Positions 1 through 9,991 of a DNA stretch of 64,000 bases are shown here, one piece after another. Origin of the DNA: an uncultured Candidatus Rokubacteria bacterium (GTDB taxonomy: Bacteria; Methylomirabilota; Methylomirabilia; Rokubacteriales; DASRDR01); contig CAVPSB010000017.1 of NCBI GenBank assembly GCA_963708025.1, forward strand, positions 39,617 to 103,616. The letters are read 5' to 3'. The notes under the pieces were generated by a model that ran no database searches, was not told the origin of the DNA, and was given only the letters and a program-made list of their open reading frames with translations. Numbering within the stretch: the first letter of the stretch is position 1; every line of letters starts with the position of its first letter. The position numbers were made by a program, and so were the translations under genes.

Positions 1-1
1 C

Positions 2-205
2 CGCCGCCGCTGGCGGAAGGGCAGCGTGGTCGCGATCCACCGGAAGAACCTCCGGCTCGCCCTGTTGCGTCCAATGCCCGAGCAGCCGCTCACGAAGGAG
101 GTCACGGTCGGCTGGGCGTACGTGGCGACCGAGCATGAGCTCCGGCGGGATCGCCCCGCCGACGAGCTGGCGGCGGAGTGGCAGCCGCCGGACCAATCTG
201 CGTGA
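2..205 (+). CDS. 3' end of hypothetical protein (partial, runs off window start)
   Basis: Open frame RRRWRKGSVVAIHRKNLRLALL...QPPDQSA ending at TGA 203-205; GC3-rich codons. Confidence 0.45.
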   Translation, partial: RRRWRKGSVVAIHRKNLRLALLRPMPEQPLTKEVTVGWAYVATEHELRRDRPADELAAEWQPPDQSA

Positions 206-492
206 GGCCCCCGCCATGCCATCCGGGTCGGGATCGTCTCGATCGAGCGGACATTAGCGCTCCGTGCGCTCCAGAATCCCCCCCAGCACGCCGCTACGGC
301 CCCCAGGAGCGCATCGAACCAGCGAGCCGACCCAGTCCTCGATCAGCAACCGCCTCGTCGCGCGGCCGTCATCACCCCGTAGCGCCGCCCGGCTACCCTG
401 AAGGCCCTGCCGCCCGTTCGGTGCACCGGAGCTGCTGGGGGGGAACCCGGCGGGTCGGCGAATGGGAGGGGGAAGCCACACAGGAGGGCCTC

Positions 493-714
493 ATGCATAC
501 GGCGGCCGCCCGCATCGTTCGCGCCATCGAGTCGCTTCGCGATGCGGAGGGCAATTTGAATCGCGTCATCAACATGGCCATGGGCACGGCTCGATCGAGT
601 GCCCGGGACGCGGGCGGTGACATCGAACGAGCCCAACGGGAGCTGAAGTTGGCACTCCAAGAACTCCTGCGAACGGGGACAACCGCCAAGCCGACCGCGC
701 CCGAAGCCGCTTGA
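493..714 (+). CDS. Small hypothetical helical protein (73 aa)
   Basis: AGGAGG site before ATG 493; amphipathic coiled-coil-like sequence MHTAAARIVRAIESLRDAEG... Confidence 0.6.
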   Translation: MHTAAARIVRAIESLRDAEGNLNRVINMAMGTARSSARDAGGDIERAQRELKLALQELLRTGTTAKPTAPEAA

Positions 715-836
715 CCGGTCCGTCAACGCTATCGGATGGCCGACCCTTCGCGAAGCCGCCGCGATCATCGGGAGGCTGATCGCCCTCGGCCTGGCGCTGG
801 GCTTCCTTCTCACCGGCGGGCCGTGAGGCTCCCATC

Positions 837-1070
837 ATGCACGGCCTGACCATCGCCACCCTCGAGGCGATCGACGTCGCGGCGCAAACCATCCGGGTCG
901 CGAGCATCACCTACCAACTCGATGCCCCGCGGCTGCTGATGGGCCTCGAGGTCGGCCAGTTCGTGACCGTGGCCTGGGAGCAGACCGGCGATGCGCGGCC
1001 GACGCGGATCGCGCACATCGTCGTCTCCGCCTCGCGGCCATCCTCCAGAATCCCCCCGCCGCGCCGTTAG
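837..1070 (+). CDS. Small hypothetical beta-rich protein, possibly OB-fold-like
   Basis: 77-aa ORF with typical codon usage; pattern IDVAAQTIRV...GLEVGQFVTVAWE. Confidence 0.5.
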   Translation: MHGLTIATLEAIDVAAQTIRVASITYQLDAPRLLMGLEVGQFVTVAWEQTGDARPTRIAHIVVSASRPSSRIPPPRR

Positions 1071-1209
1071 GCAAATGTCCCGGCACCGTCGAATCCGATT
1101 TTTCCGGGTCGGCGGAGGGGGCGCGCGGGGCTTGCCGAACCGTGTAGACTAGGGAGCGGCTTCGGGAGACCGACCGAACGGGTCACACCCAGTCAAGTGG
1201 AGGAAGGTC

Positions 1210-1470
1210 ATGAGAATCCGCCTGCGCGTGCTTCTGCTGCTTCTCGGCGTTGCCGTGGCCGGCTCGGCCTGCGCGAGCTCGGAGCAGTGGGCCGAGTGGC
1301 GAGGGCACTCAAGCCACTTCGCCTCCGGCGATCACCTCTTCTTCTCCATGCGGCACCAGGGCGACAACCCGACCCCGCGGGTCAGCCGGCGGGACGTGGA
1401 TGAGGCTCGGGCGCAGTCGTGGTGGGGCCAGCCCATCGTCGTGCGCCCCGACCAGCTCTTCTCGGGCTAA
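1210..1470 (+). CDS. Hypothetical lipoprotein
   Basis: GGAGG upstream; basic N-terminus, hydrophobic core and lipobox-like GSAC. Confidence 0.7.
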   Translation: MRIRLRVLLLLLGVAVAGSACASSEQWAEWRGHSSHFASGDHLFFSMRHQGDNPTPRVSRRDVDEARAQSWWGQPIVVRPDQLFSG

Positions 1471-1479
1471 CGCCCGCCG

Positions 1480-2133
1480 ATGAGTCGGCAGCGCGGCCGG
1501 CGGGGTCTCCTCCTGCTGGCGGCCACGCTGGCATCCGCCGGTCTGGCCTTCGCGCTGCCCGCTGACGAGTCCATCCTCGCGCCCGAGGCCCACCCCCCGG
1601 ATGTGCGCGCCCTCGTCCAGGAGCACACGGCCGGCCTGCGGCGCCTCCATGCCGACCTGGCCCGGTGCGCCCCCGAGCTGGACGTCCAGAAAAACGGCAT
1701 CGCCTTCCGGCGGCCGCGCGGGCGCCCGGACGGGCCGCCGCACCTGACGTTGTGGGTCTGGCTCGACGGGGCGCGGCCGCCCCAGGGTCGGAGCTTCGCC
1801 GCCCGGGCCGCCGAGGCGTTCGGCCGCTACGGCCAGGGCCTGTTCCGCCGGCTCCTCGGCCAGAGCCCGGTGTTCGCCGACGCGCGCGTCGGCGGCTACG
1901 GTCTCATCTTGACCTGGATCGGCCCGACCCAGCGCGACGGACGGGTGGTCGGCGAGTCGCTGGCCGTCTTCGCCGACAAGCTGGCCGTCGCCAACTTCGC
2001 CCTGGACACCATCGGCCCGGGGGCGTTCCTCTCCCGAGTGGAGGTGCGCGCCTTCGACGGCGAGACGGAGCTGCCGGTGCCGAGTCTCGGGCTCGACGAC
2101 GCCACGCCCGCCCGGGCGGCGACGGCCTGCTGA
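1480..2133 (+). CDS. Hypothetical exported protein
   Basis: 217-aa ORF 9 nt after previous gene; signal peptide MSRQRGRRGLLLLAATLASAGLAFA. Confidence 0.7.
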   Translation: MSRQRGRRGLLLLAATLASAGLAFALPADESILAPEAHPPDVRALVQEHTAGLRRLHADLARCAPELDVQKNGIAFRRPRGRPDGPPHLTLWVWLDGARPPQGRSFAARAAEAFGRYGQGLFRRLLGQSPVFADARVGGYGLILTWIGPTQRDGRVVGESLAVFADKLAVANFALDTIGPGAFLSRVEVRAFDGETELPVPSLGLDDATPARAATAC

Positions 2134-2139
2134 GAGGCC

Positions 2140-2166
2140 TCGGGGGGGTCTCGGAAGCCCCCCCGA
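2140..2166. repeat. Short REP-like hairpin, family D copy 1
   Basis: tcgggggggtctcggaagcccccccga; near-identical copy at 17508-17533; both lie just after a stop codon. Confidence 0.7.
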
Positions 2167-2419
2167 AGCCCCCCCTCAGAGGCCGCGACTGTTCGACGGC
2201 CTTCGGCCTTTGGGCCGCGGCTCGGAGTGGAACGCCACGGCCGTGTGACCCCCGGACCCTGGGCGTGGCGAGAAGCCGGTGTGCAGCGGAACGTCAGCCC
2301 CGGGCGACGCGGACTCTGGCATCCCGTGCGCGGCGCTCGGCCGTGCTAGGATGAGGCCCTCGAGAGCCGCGCGTCCGGCCCCCGGCGCCCGGCCGCCACC
2401 CGCTACCAAGGAGCGCGTC

Positions 2420-3637
2420 ATGCCCGGCCGTCCGTTCCTTCAGATTCCCGGTCCCACCCTGGTGCCCGAGCGGATCGTCCGCGCCATGTCGCAGTCGATC
2501 ATCGACCACCGGGGGCCGAAGTTCGCCGCCCTGGTGCGCGAGATCCTCGACGGGTTGAAAGGCGTCTTCCAGGCGCCGCGCGGCCACGTCCTCCTCTACC
2601 CGGGCTCTGGAACCGGCGGCTGGGAGGCGACGATCGTCAACACGCTCTCCCCGGGCGACCGGGTCCTCGGCTGCGTGAACGGCCACTTCTCGAATCACTT
2701 CTGCCGGACGGCGACGGCGCACGGCATCGAGGTGGACCGGCTCGAGCTGCCCTACGGCGCCGGCGTCCCGGCGGCGTCGGTCGCCGAGCGGCTGCGCGCC
2801 GATGCGACGCACCAGCTCAAGGCGGTGCTGGTCGTCCACAACGAGACGTCGACCGGCGTCACCAGCGACGTGGCCGCGATCCGCCGGGCGCTCGACGACG
2901 CCCGCCACCCGGCGCTCCTGCTCGTGGACGTCGTGTCCTCGCTGGCGTCGATCGACTTCCGCTTCGACGAGTGGGGTGTCGACGTGGCGCTGACCGGACC
3001 GCAGAAGGGGCTGATGCTGCCCCCCGGGCTCACCATCCTGGCCGCCAGCGACAAGGCCCTGCGCGCCGGCCAGGCGGCGAAGTGCCCCCGGGCCTACTGG
3101 GACTGGAAGCCCGTCCTCGAGCGCAACCAGCGGGGCGAGTTCCCCTACACGCCGGCGACGTCGCTTCTCTTCGGCCTCCGCGAGTCGATCGCCATGCTGA
3201 CCGAGGAGGGGCTCCCGGAGGTCTTCGGGCGCCATCGACGCCTGGCCGAGGCGTGCCGGCGGGCCGTCCAGGCGATGGGGCTCGAGCTACTCTGCCGCGA
3301 TCCCGCCGAGTACTCCAGCACGCTGACCGCGGTGGTCATGCCGGCCGGGCACGACTCCGACGCCTACATCGCCCACGCCAACCGCACCCTCGATCTGTCG
3401 CTGGGTGTCGGCCTCGGCGACGTGAAGGGCAAGGTGTTCCGGATCGGGCACCTCGGCAGCCTGAACGAGCTGGAGCTGCTGGGCGGGCTGGCTGGCGTCG
3501 AGATGACGCTCCGGACGTTCGGGATCCCGGTGCCCCTGGGCGCCGGGCTCACTGCCGCCGAGAGCTATCTCAGTCGGGGGTCAGGCCTTTCAATCTTGAC
3601 AATCGCAGCCCAAGGGGGCGGGGCAGGCCCGGATTGA
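2420..3637 (+). CDS. Class V PLP aminotransferase (serine/alanine-glyoxylate aminotransferase family)
   Basis: FLQIPGPT, VHNETSTGV, LLLVDVVSS, GPQKGLMLPPG, FRIGHLG motifs; AAGGAG before ATG 2420; last codons run into a repeat. Confidence 0.92.
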   Translation: MPGRPFLQIPGPTLVPERIVRAMSQSIIDHRGPKFAALVREILDGLKGVFQAPRGHVLLYPGSGTGGWEATIVNTLSPGDRVLGCVNGHFSNHFCRTATAHGIEVDRLELPYGAGVPAASVAERLRADATHQLKAVLVVHNETSTGVTSDVAAIRRALDDARHPALLLVDVVSSLASIDFRFDEWGVDVALTGPQKGLMLPPGLTILAASDKALRAGQAAKCPRAYWDWKPVLERNQRGEFPYTPATSLLFGLRESIAMLTEEGLPEVFGRHRRLAEACRRAVQAMGLELLCRDPAEYSSTLTAVVMPAGHDSDAYIAHANRTLDLSLGVGLGDVKGKVFRIGHLGSLNELELLGGLAGVEMTLRTFGIPVPLGAGLTAAESYLSRGSGLSILTIAAQGGGAGPD

Positions 3638-3658
3638 AAGATTGAAAGGCCTGACCCC
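3577..3658. repeat. Palindromic REP-like element, family A copy 1
   Basis: Arms ggggtcaggcctttcaatct and agattgaaaggcctgacccc are perfect reverse complements; second copy at 21837-21916. Confidence 0.85.
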
Positions 3659-3669
3659 ACGGAGGAGAC

Positions 3670-3813
3670 ATGAACGAGCGCACCGCCAAGCTGATCTCCC
3701 GATTCGCGTCCCGGACCAACCAGAAGCCGCGCCTGGTTAAGCGCGAGTGGAAAAACCTCTCCGCCAAGGAGAGGGCCAAGCGCCGCGCCGAGATGAAGGC
3801 CGCGGTCGAGTAG
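3670..3813 (+). CDS. Small basic protein (47 aa), absent from ORF track
   Basis: GGAGGAG then ATG 3670; MNERTAKLISRFASRTNQKPRLVKREWKNLSAKERAKRRAEMKAAVE; TAG 3811-3813. Confidence 0.7.
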   Translation: MNERTAKLISRFASRTNQKPRLVKREWKNLSAKERAKRRAEMKAAVE

Positions 3814-3827
3814 AGGAGAGCCTACCG

Positions 3828-4959
3828 ATGAAGGGCCGCGTCGCCGTCATCACGAAGTACCAGGGGGATTTCGAGATCCGAGAGTACCCGGTGCCCGAGA
3901 TCGAGCCCGACGCCGCGCTGGTGAAGATCACCCGGGGCGGCATCTGCGGCTCCGACCTCCACATCTGGCGCGGCGAGCTGCAGGACGCCATCGGTGCGCC
4001 GGATCGGGGCCAGACCTTCGGCCACGAGATGTGCGGGGTCGTCGAGCGGCTCGGGAAGAACGTGAAGACCGACTCCACCGGCCAGCCCCTGGCCGAGGGC
4101 GACCGGGTCACCTATTGCTACTTCTATCCTTGCGGACGATGCCCCGCTTGCCTCGACGGCACCCGGGCGGCCTGCCCGAACAAGCGGCGGGGGACGCGCT
4201 ACGCCGACGACCCGCCGCACTTCATCGGCGCCTTCGCCGACTACTACTACCTGCGCCCCGGCCACTTCGTCTACCGGATCCCGCAGACGATCTCGGACGA
4301 CGTCGCCACCCCGGTCAACTGCGCGCTGGCCCAGGTCCTCTACGGCCTCGACCGGGTCGGCGTGCGGATCGGGGACACCGTGGTCATGCAGGGCGCGGGC
4401 GGGCTCGGGCTCAACGCCAGCGCCGTGGCCAAGGAGATGGGCGCGGCGAAGGTCATCGTCATCGACCAGATCCCGGAGCGGCTGGAGCTGGCGCGCCGGT
4501 TCGGCGCCGACCACACGCTGAGCCTCCAGGAGCTGCCCAAGCCCGAGGACCGCGTGGCGGCGGTCCGGGAGCTGACCCGGGGCTGGGGAGCGGACATCGT
4601 CTGCGATTTCGTGGGCTTCCCGAAGGTGATCCCCGAGGGCCTCCAGATGCTGAAGTCCGGCGGTACCTACCTCGAGATCGGCACCATCAGCCCGCCGCTG
4701 AAGCGTCGAGCTCCACCCGTCTCAGCTCGTGTGGGGATCGAAGACGATCGTCGGCATGATCCAGTACGAGCCGTGGGCGATCCAGCGGGCGCTGACCTTC
4801 CTGGAGACGAACCTCCGGAAGTATCCGTTCGCCGAGGTCGTCTCGCACACGTATCCCCTGGAGCGCATCACCGAGGGCTTCCGCGACTCGGAGTGGCTCG
4901 GCAAGCAGCACGATCCGCACAAGATCAGCCGCGCCGCCGTCGCCCCCTGGGGGAAGTGA
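3828..4959 (+). CDS. Zinc-binding alcohol dehydrogenase (MDR family), frameshifted near 4700
   Basis: GICGSDLH, GHE, CGRCPAC..C and GAGGLG motifs; C-terminus VELHPSQLVWGSKTIVG... continues in another frame to TGA 4959. Confidence 0.88.
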
Positions 4960-5474
4960 CGGACGCCGTCGTCCTCCGGCCGGCGACCGAGGCGGACGTC
5001 CCCACCATCCTGGAGCTGATTCGGGGGATCGCCGAGTACGAGCGGCTGAGCCACGAGGTCGAGGCGACCAAAGCCCTCCTCCGCCGCCACGGCTTCGGTC
5101 CCCGGCCCATCTTCGAGGCGGTGCTGGCGGAGCGCGCCGGGCGCGCGGTGGGCTTCGCCCTCTACTTCTTCACGTTCTCCACCTTCAAGGCGCGCCCGAC
5201 CCTCTACCTCGAGGACCTGTTCGTCCGTCCCGAGGAGCGCGGGCGCGGGATCGGGCGCCAGCTGCTGGTGCGGCTCGCCCGCATCGCCGTGGAGCGGGAG
5301 TGTGGGCGGATGGAGTGGTCGGTCCTCGACTGGAACAGTCCGGCCCGCGACTTCTACTTCAAGCTGAGCGCGGTGGCGATGGACGAGTGGACCGTCTTCC
5401 GGATGACCCCCGACGCCTTCGGCCGCCTGGCCCGGGAGGAGACCCCGGGCGCACCGGCCGACGAGGCAATGTGA
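4956..5474 (+). CDS. GNAT family N-acetyltransferase (diamine acetyltransferase-like)
   Basis: LYLEDLFVRPEERGRGIG and RMEWSVLDWN motifs; GTGA overlap with upstream stop. Confidence 0.9.
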   Translation: MTDAVVLRPATEADVPTILELIRGIAEYERLSHEVEATKALLRRHGFGPRPIFEAVLAERAGRAVGFALYFFTFSTFKARPTLYLEDLFVRPEERGRGIGRQLLVRLARIAVERECGRMEWSVLDWNSPARDFYFKLSAVAMDEWTVFRMTPDAFGRLAREETPGAPADEAM

Positions 5475-5477
5475 TCT

Positions 5478-6170
5478 CTACTCGCGGTCCATGCTGATCT
5501 GAAGGCGGTAGGTGTCGGCGATCGTGCCAGGCGCGACGCCGTGCGCGGCCAGCCGCTCCGGATGCAGCGGCCCGGCGGCCAGGGCCTCGGCGATGCGCGC
5601 GTCGCTCACCTCGACGAGCAGGACGAACGGACAGGGCTTCTCGGCCTCGGCCACCTCGCCGCCCTTCAGCTTCCCCTCCGCGGTCCGGATGCGGGTGGTC
5701 TCCGCCACCGTCTCCACCACGTGGACCCCGACCACCTCGGCCAGTTGACGCACGAAGGCCAGGCCCTGGCCCGTGAGCGTCTCCTGCAGCATCGCCTCGC
5801 CGCCGGCCCGCGGATGGAGGCGCAGCGTCAGCAGCCCGCCCCCCTGGCCCCGGCCGCTCGACGCCAGGACCCGGCAGCCGATGCGCACGGTGTCGCGGAA
5901 ATGCGGCAGCACCCGCTGGGTCCACGGGGTCGGGTTGTTGAGGCGGGCGAGGTAGGGCTCGCTCCGGATCGTCTCGACGCTCTCGGTCTCGTAGAGGTCC
6001 AGGTACTCGCGCGGCCGGGCCGAGTGCGCGTAGCGGCGGCCACGGAGGAAGCCGGGCACGCCGACCCGCTCGGCGATGTGCTCCCGGTTGTGCCAGCGGA
6101 TCATCTCCTCGTCGCCTTCCGCCGTCATGCCGTGCCAGATCACCAGCACGCCCTTTCCGAGCAACGCCAT
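5478..6170 (-). CDS. Hypothetical protein, DUF4286/EthD-like dimeric barrel
   Basis: WHNREHIAERVGVPGFLRGRRY motif; GGAGG upstream. Confidence 0.7.
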   Translation of the reverse strand: MALLGKGVLVIWHGMTAEGDEEMIRWHNREHIAERVGVPGFLRGRRYAHSARPREYLDLYETESVETIRSEPYLARLNNPTPWTQRVLPHFRDTVRIGCRVLASSGRGQGGGLLTLRLHPRAGGEAMLQETLTGQGLAFVRQLAEVVGVHVVETVAETTRIRTAEGKLKGGEVAEAEKPCPFVLLVEVSDARIAEALAAGPLHPERLAAHGVAPGTIADTYRLQISMDRE

Positions 6171-6186
6171 CCTCTGTCCCTCCAGG

Positions 6187-7164
6187 TCAATCGCCGGGGG
6201 CCACGGCGCCGACCAGCGTGTCGGCCGCGTGCGGGGCGTCGGCGCCGCCGATCAGCCGGACGGCCGGTAGCGTGACGCCCGCGGCGCGATAGGACTCGAC
6301 GTACGTGCGGACCGCGGTCCCGTCACCGATCGCGCCCAGGGCGCCGCCGAGCGCCGCCGGCACCGCGTCGGCGGCCGGACGCCGGTCGCGGTCCCGATCG
6401 AAGGCGGCCAGCGCCTCGGCGAAGCCGCTGGCCCGCAGCATCGCCCGGTAGTACGGCAGGCCGAGATACCGCACCAGCTCGTCGCGGAAGGTCGCGGTCA
6501 CGCCGGCGACGTCGGAGGTGACCGCGACCGGAACCGCCGCCACGATCTCGAAGCCGTCCAGGGTCTTCCCAGCCTTCGCCCGGCCGCGGGCCAGCGCCGG
6601 GCGGGCGACGTCGCGGACGTAAGCCGGGGCGCAGAGCCAGAGGACGACGCCGTCGGCCACCTCACCGGCCAGCTCCAGCATCGGCGTCGAGAGGCCGGCC
6701 AGGTAGAGCGGCGGCGGTGGCGACGGCGGCCGGAACGCCGCGTCCCACGCCACCCGGTAGTAGCGCCCCGCCACGCGGGCCCGACCGCCGAGGGCCGCCC
6801 GCAGCACTTCCACGTACTCCCGCATGACGTCGAGCGGCTGCGCCATGTCGAGGCCGAGAGCCTCGGTCATCGACGGCCGGTGGCTCACGCCGATCCCGAG
6901 CCGGAACCGGCCGCCCGACAGCTCGGCGAGCGTCGCCGCCTCCTGGGCCATCGCCACCGGGTGGCGCGGGTAGATCGGCACGACGCCGGTGCCCAGGCCC
7001 ACCCGCCGGGTGGCCTGCCCATAGGCCGCCAGCACCAGGAACGAGTCGCGCCCCAGACCGTGCGTGACCCACAGGCTGTCGTAGCCGAGCTCGTCGGCCC
7101 GCCGCGCCAGCGCGATCGCGCGGCCGAGATCGTCGCGAGGCAGGAGATAGGCACCGACGCGCAT
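6187..7164 (-). CDS. LLM class flavin/F420-dependent oxidoreductase
   Basis: ADELGYDSLWV, LGTGVVPIYPRHP, LSGGRFRLGIG, LAGEVADG motifs. Confidence 0.9.
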   Translation of the reverse strand: MRVGAYLLPRDDLGRAIALARRADELGYDSLWVTHGLGRDSFLVLAAYGQATRRVGLGTGVVPIYPRHPVAMAQEAATLAELSGGRFRLGIGVSHRPSMTEALGLDMAQPLDVMREYVEVLRAALGGRARVAGRYYRVAWDAAFRPPSPPPPLYLAGLSTPMLELAGEVADGVVLWLCAPAYVRDVARPALARGRAKAGKTLDGFEIVAAVPVAVTSDVAGVTATFRDELVRYLGLPYYRAMLRASGFAEALAAFDRDRDRRPAADAVPAALGGALGAIGDGTAVRTYVESYRAAGVTLPAVRLIGGADAPHAADTLVGAVAPGD

Positions 7165-7200
7165 GGCCCCGATAGGATAGCAGAGTCGCCGCCGGCCCCG

Positions 7201-7229
7201 TTGCGCGACCTCCGCCGCTCGGGTAGCAT
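7201..7229 (+). promoter_or_regulatory. Putative sigma-70 promoter giving a leaderless livH transcript
   Basis: TTGCGC-17 nt-TAGCAT, then 6 nt to GTG 7236; no SD sequence. Confidence 0.5.
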
Positions 7230-7235
7230 CGGCGC

Positions 7236-8114
7236 GTGCTGCTCCAGCAGGCCGTGAACGCGGTCACCCTCGGCAGCCTCTACGCGCTGATCGCCATTGG
7301 GCTCGCCATCACCTTCTCGATCCTGGACGTGGTGAACTTCGCCCAGGGCTCGATGGTGATGTGGGGGGCGTACCTCGGCGTGGTCTTCGCGGTCTCGGTG
7401 GGGCTGGGGTTCTGGGTGCCGATGCTGAGCGCCATGCTCCTGGTGGGCCTCATCGGCATCGCGCTCGAGCGCTCGGCCCTCTACCCGCTCCGGATCCGGA
7501 ACGCGCCGCCCATCGCCGCGCTGCTGGCGACACTCGGCGCCGCCACGATCCTCGACCACCTGATCCTGATCGTGTTCGGCCCCGACACCCGGGCCTTCCC
7601 GAGCCCCTTCCCGGTTCGCATGCTGACCCTCGGCGACGCGCAGATCTCGACCCTCGAGCTGACGATCACCGCGGTCGCGCTCGGGCTCCTCGGCGCGCTC
7701 CAGGCGCTGCTCGTCCGCACCCGGATCGGCCTGGCCATGCGGGCCATCGCGCAGAACGGCCGGGTGGCCGGGCTGATGGGGATCAACACGGACCGGATCG
7801 TCGCCCTCGCCTTCGGGATCGGCTCCGCGGTAGGCGGGGTGGGCGGCGTCCTCACCGGCATCTACTACAACTCGGTCGACATCGGCATGGGCTACTCGGC
7901 CGGGCTCAAGGGCTTCAGCGCGATGGTGATCGGCGGCATGGGCAGCCTCCCCGGCGCGATCCTCGGGGGCTTTCTCCTGGGGACGGCCGAGACCGCGGCC
8001 ACGACCTTCTTCTGGTCGGGCTACCGCGACATCGTCGCCTTCGGCCTGCTCATCTTCGTCCTGATCGTGCGACCGGCGGGTCTGCTCGGGACGCCGGAGA
8101 TCCGAAAGGTCTAG
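7236..8114 (+). CDS. livH: Branched-chain amino acid ABC transporter permease
   Basis: GSLYALIAIGL..VVNFAQG, RTRIGLAMRAIAQN, IGGMGSLPGAILGG. Confidence 0.9.
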   Translation: MLLQQAVNAVTLGSLYALIAIGLAITFSILDVVNFAQGSMVMWGAYLGVVFAVSVGLGFWVPMLSAMLLVGLIGIALERSALYPLRIRNAPPIAALLATLGAATILDHLILIVFGPDTRAFPSPFPVRMLTLGDAQISTLELTITAVALGLLGALQALLVRTRIGLAMRAIAQNGRVAGLMGINTDRIVALAFGIGSAVGGVGGVLTGIYYNSVDIGMGYSAGLKGFSAMVIGGMGSLPGAILGGFLLGTAETAATTFFWSGYRDIVAFGLLIFVLIVRPAGLLGTPEIRKV

Positions 8115-8250
8115 CGGGCGGGCCGATGAGCGTCGCATCGCGTCGTCCTCGGTCGTCGCCGATCCTCGGCGTACTCGGAGTACGCCTCCGGTCGGGCGAC
8201 GCCCTGCGTCCTGGCGCTGCTCGCTCCTCGGCCCGAGGCCCGAGAACTTG
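8111..8250. repeat. Structured intergenic repeat, family B copy 1
   Basis: Core gtcgccgatcctcggcgtactcggagtacgcct; copies at 15898, 42130 and 57511. Confidence 0.88.
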
Positions 8251-8321
8251 ACTGATGGCTGTCGCACGCCTCGAGGAGGCTCGCCGTTAGGCTGCTGGGC
8301 CGGCGGCTGCTGCTGGGGGGC

Positions 8322-9227
8322 GTGCTGGCCGTGGCCGTGCTCGTCCCCGGGCTCACGCGCTCCCAGTACGTGCTGCACGTCGCGGTCCTGTGCGGCATCT
8401 ACGTGGTGCTGACGCTCTCCCTCAATCTCGTCACCGGCTTCTGCGGCCAGTTCTCGCTCGGTCACGCCGGCTTCTACGGGATCGGGGCCTACACGGCGGC
8501 GCTGCTCGCGGTGCATTACGCCAGCCCGTTCCTGGCGAACCTGGTCGCCGCCGCCCTCGTCGCGGGCGCCGTCGGGTTCCTGATCGGCCTGCCGACCCTC
8601 CGGCTGGGCGGCATCTACCTGGCGATGGCCACCCTCGGCTTCGGCGAGATCATCTACCTCGTGCTCCTCAACTGGCTGGCCCTCACCCGCGGTCCCCTCG
8701 GCATCCCGGCCATCCCCGGCCCGGCGGTCCTCGGCCTCGACCTGGGCACCCCCGCCCGGCAGTACTACGTGATCCTGGCCCTGGCCGTCCTCACCGCCCT
8801 CGTCGTGTCGCGGCTGGTCAACTCCCGGTTCGGCGAGGCGATCCAGGCCATCCGCGAGGACGAGATCGCCGCCGAGGCAATGGGCGTCCCGACCACGGCC
8901 CTGAAGGTCCTGACCTTCACGGTCTCGGCGGCGATCGCCGGCGTGGCCGGCGCGTTCTTCGCCCACTACACGTCGTTCATCAGCCCCAGCTCGTTCACCC
9001 TCGTCGAGTCGATCCTCGTGCTCTCCCTCCTCGTCTTCGGCGGGATGGGGAGCATCGAGGGCTCGATCGCCGGGGCGGTGCTCCTCACCATCGCCCCCGA
9101 GGTCTTCCGCTTCCTCGCCGAGTACCGTCTGGTGATCTACGGCGCCCTGCTGCTCGGCCTCATCGTGTTCCGGCCCCAGGGACTCCTGGGTGGCATCAAC
9201 CTCGGGCTGACCCGCCACGCCAGTTGA
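8322..9227 (+). CDS. livM: Branched-chain amino acid ABC transporter permease (true start may be ATG 8255 with an indel)
   Basis: SLNLVTGFCGQFSLGHAGF, LRLGGIYLAMATLGFGE, AIREDEIAAEAMG. Confidence 0.88.
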   Translation: MLAVAVLVPGLTRSQYVLHVAVLCGIYVVLTLSLNLVTGFCGQFSLGHAGFYGIGAYTAALLAVHYASPFLANLVAAALVAGAVGFLIGLPTLRLGGIYLAMATLGFGEIIYLVLLNWLALTRGPLGIPAIPGPAVLGLDLGTPARQYYVILALAVLTALVVSRLVNSRFGEAIQAIREDEIAAEAMGVPTTALKVLTFTVSAAIAGVAGAFFAHYTSFISPSSFTLVESILVLSLLVFGGMGSIEGSIAGAVLLTIAPEVFRFLAEYRLVIYGALLLGLIVFRPQGLLGGINLGLTRHAS

Positions 9228-9991
9228 GCGACGCGGCGCTCGTGCTCGACCGCCTCTCGATCCACTTCGGCGGCCTCCGGGCCGTCCAGGAACTGTCGCT
9301 CGCGGTCCCGGCGGGCCAGATCTTCTCGATCATCGGGCCGAACGGCGCCGGCAAGACGACCATCTTCAACGCGGTCAGTGGGCTGTACGCCCCGACCTCG
9401 GGGGAGATCCTCTTCGAGGGTCGCCGGGTCACGCGGCTCGCCCCCCACGCCCGGGCCCGGCTCGGCATCAGCCGGACCTTCCAGAACATCCGGCTCTTCC
9501 GCGAGCTGACCGTGCGGGAGAACATCCGGGTCGCCCGCTACTGCCGGACGCGAGCCAGCGTGGTCGCCTCGCTCGTCCGCACGTCGAGCATGCGGCGCGA
9601 GCGCCGCGAGACCGATGCGACGGTGGACACCCTCCTCGGCCGCCTCGGTCTCGCCGGCCGCGCCGAGGAGCTGGCGCGGAACCTTCCCTACGGCGAGCAG
9701 AAGCGCGTGGAGATCGCCCGGGCCCTGGCCTCCGAGCCCCGGCTGCTCCTGCTCGACGAGCCAGCGGCGGGGACGAGCGCCGGCGAGGCGACCGAGCTGA
9801 TGGCGCTCATCCGGGGACTCCGCGACCAGGGGCTCACCATCCTGCTCGTCGAGCATCACATCCGGGTGGTGATGCAGGTCTCCGACCGCATCGCCGTGCT
9901 GAACCACGGCGAGCTGATCGCCGAGGGCCCCCCCGAGACCGTCCGCCGGGACCCGGCGGTCATCGCGGCCTATCTCGGGGAGGAGGCGTGA
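9224..9991 (+). CDS. livG: Branched-chain amino acid ABC transporter ATP-binding protein
   Basis: GPNGAGKTT, RTFQNIRLF, LPYGEQKRVEIARALA, LLLLDEP; TTG start overlapping livM stop. Confidence 0.9.
   Translation: MSDAALVLDRLSIHFGGLRAVQELSLAVPAGQIFSIIGPNGAGKTTIFNAVSGLYAPTSGEILFEGRRVTRLAPHARARLGISRTFQNIRLFRELTVRENIRVARYCRTRASVVASLVRTSSMRRERRETDATVDTLLGRLGLAGRAEELARNLPYGEQKRVEIARALASEPRLLLLDEPAAGTSAGEATELMALIRGLRDQGLTILLVEHHIRVVMQVSDRIAVLNHGELIAEGPPETVRRDPAVIAAYLGEEA

Noticed and set aside
254-481. 75-aa minus-strand ORF and a ccagaatcccccc motif shared by 271 and 1045
   Set aside because: No SD or recognisable motif; the 13-nt match is low-complexity and insufficient to call a repeat
2128-2170. 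Cys-TGA at the end of the exported protein followed by a hairpin, as a possible Sec codon
   Set aside because: The hairpin is a family D repeat also found after a TAG stop at 17508, and there is no redox motif
2180-2400. Glycine riboswitch upstream of the glyoxylate aminotransferase
   Set aside because: Hairpins are present but the conserved GGAGA/GAAG/CUCUCAGG elements are not
3747-5474. Apparent 575-aa alcohol dehydrogenase-GNAT fusion in the ORF track
   Set aside because: Artefact of a frameshift near 4700; the real dehydrogenase C-terminus is in another frame and the GNAT has its own GTG start
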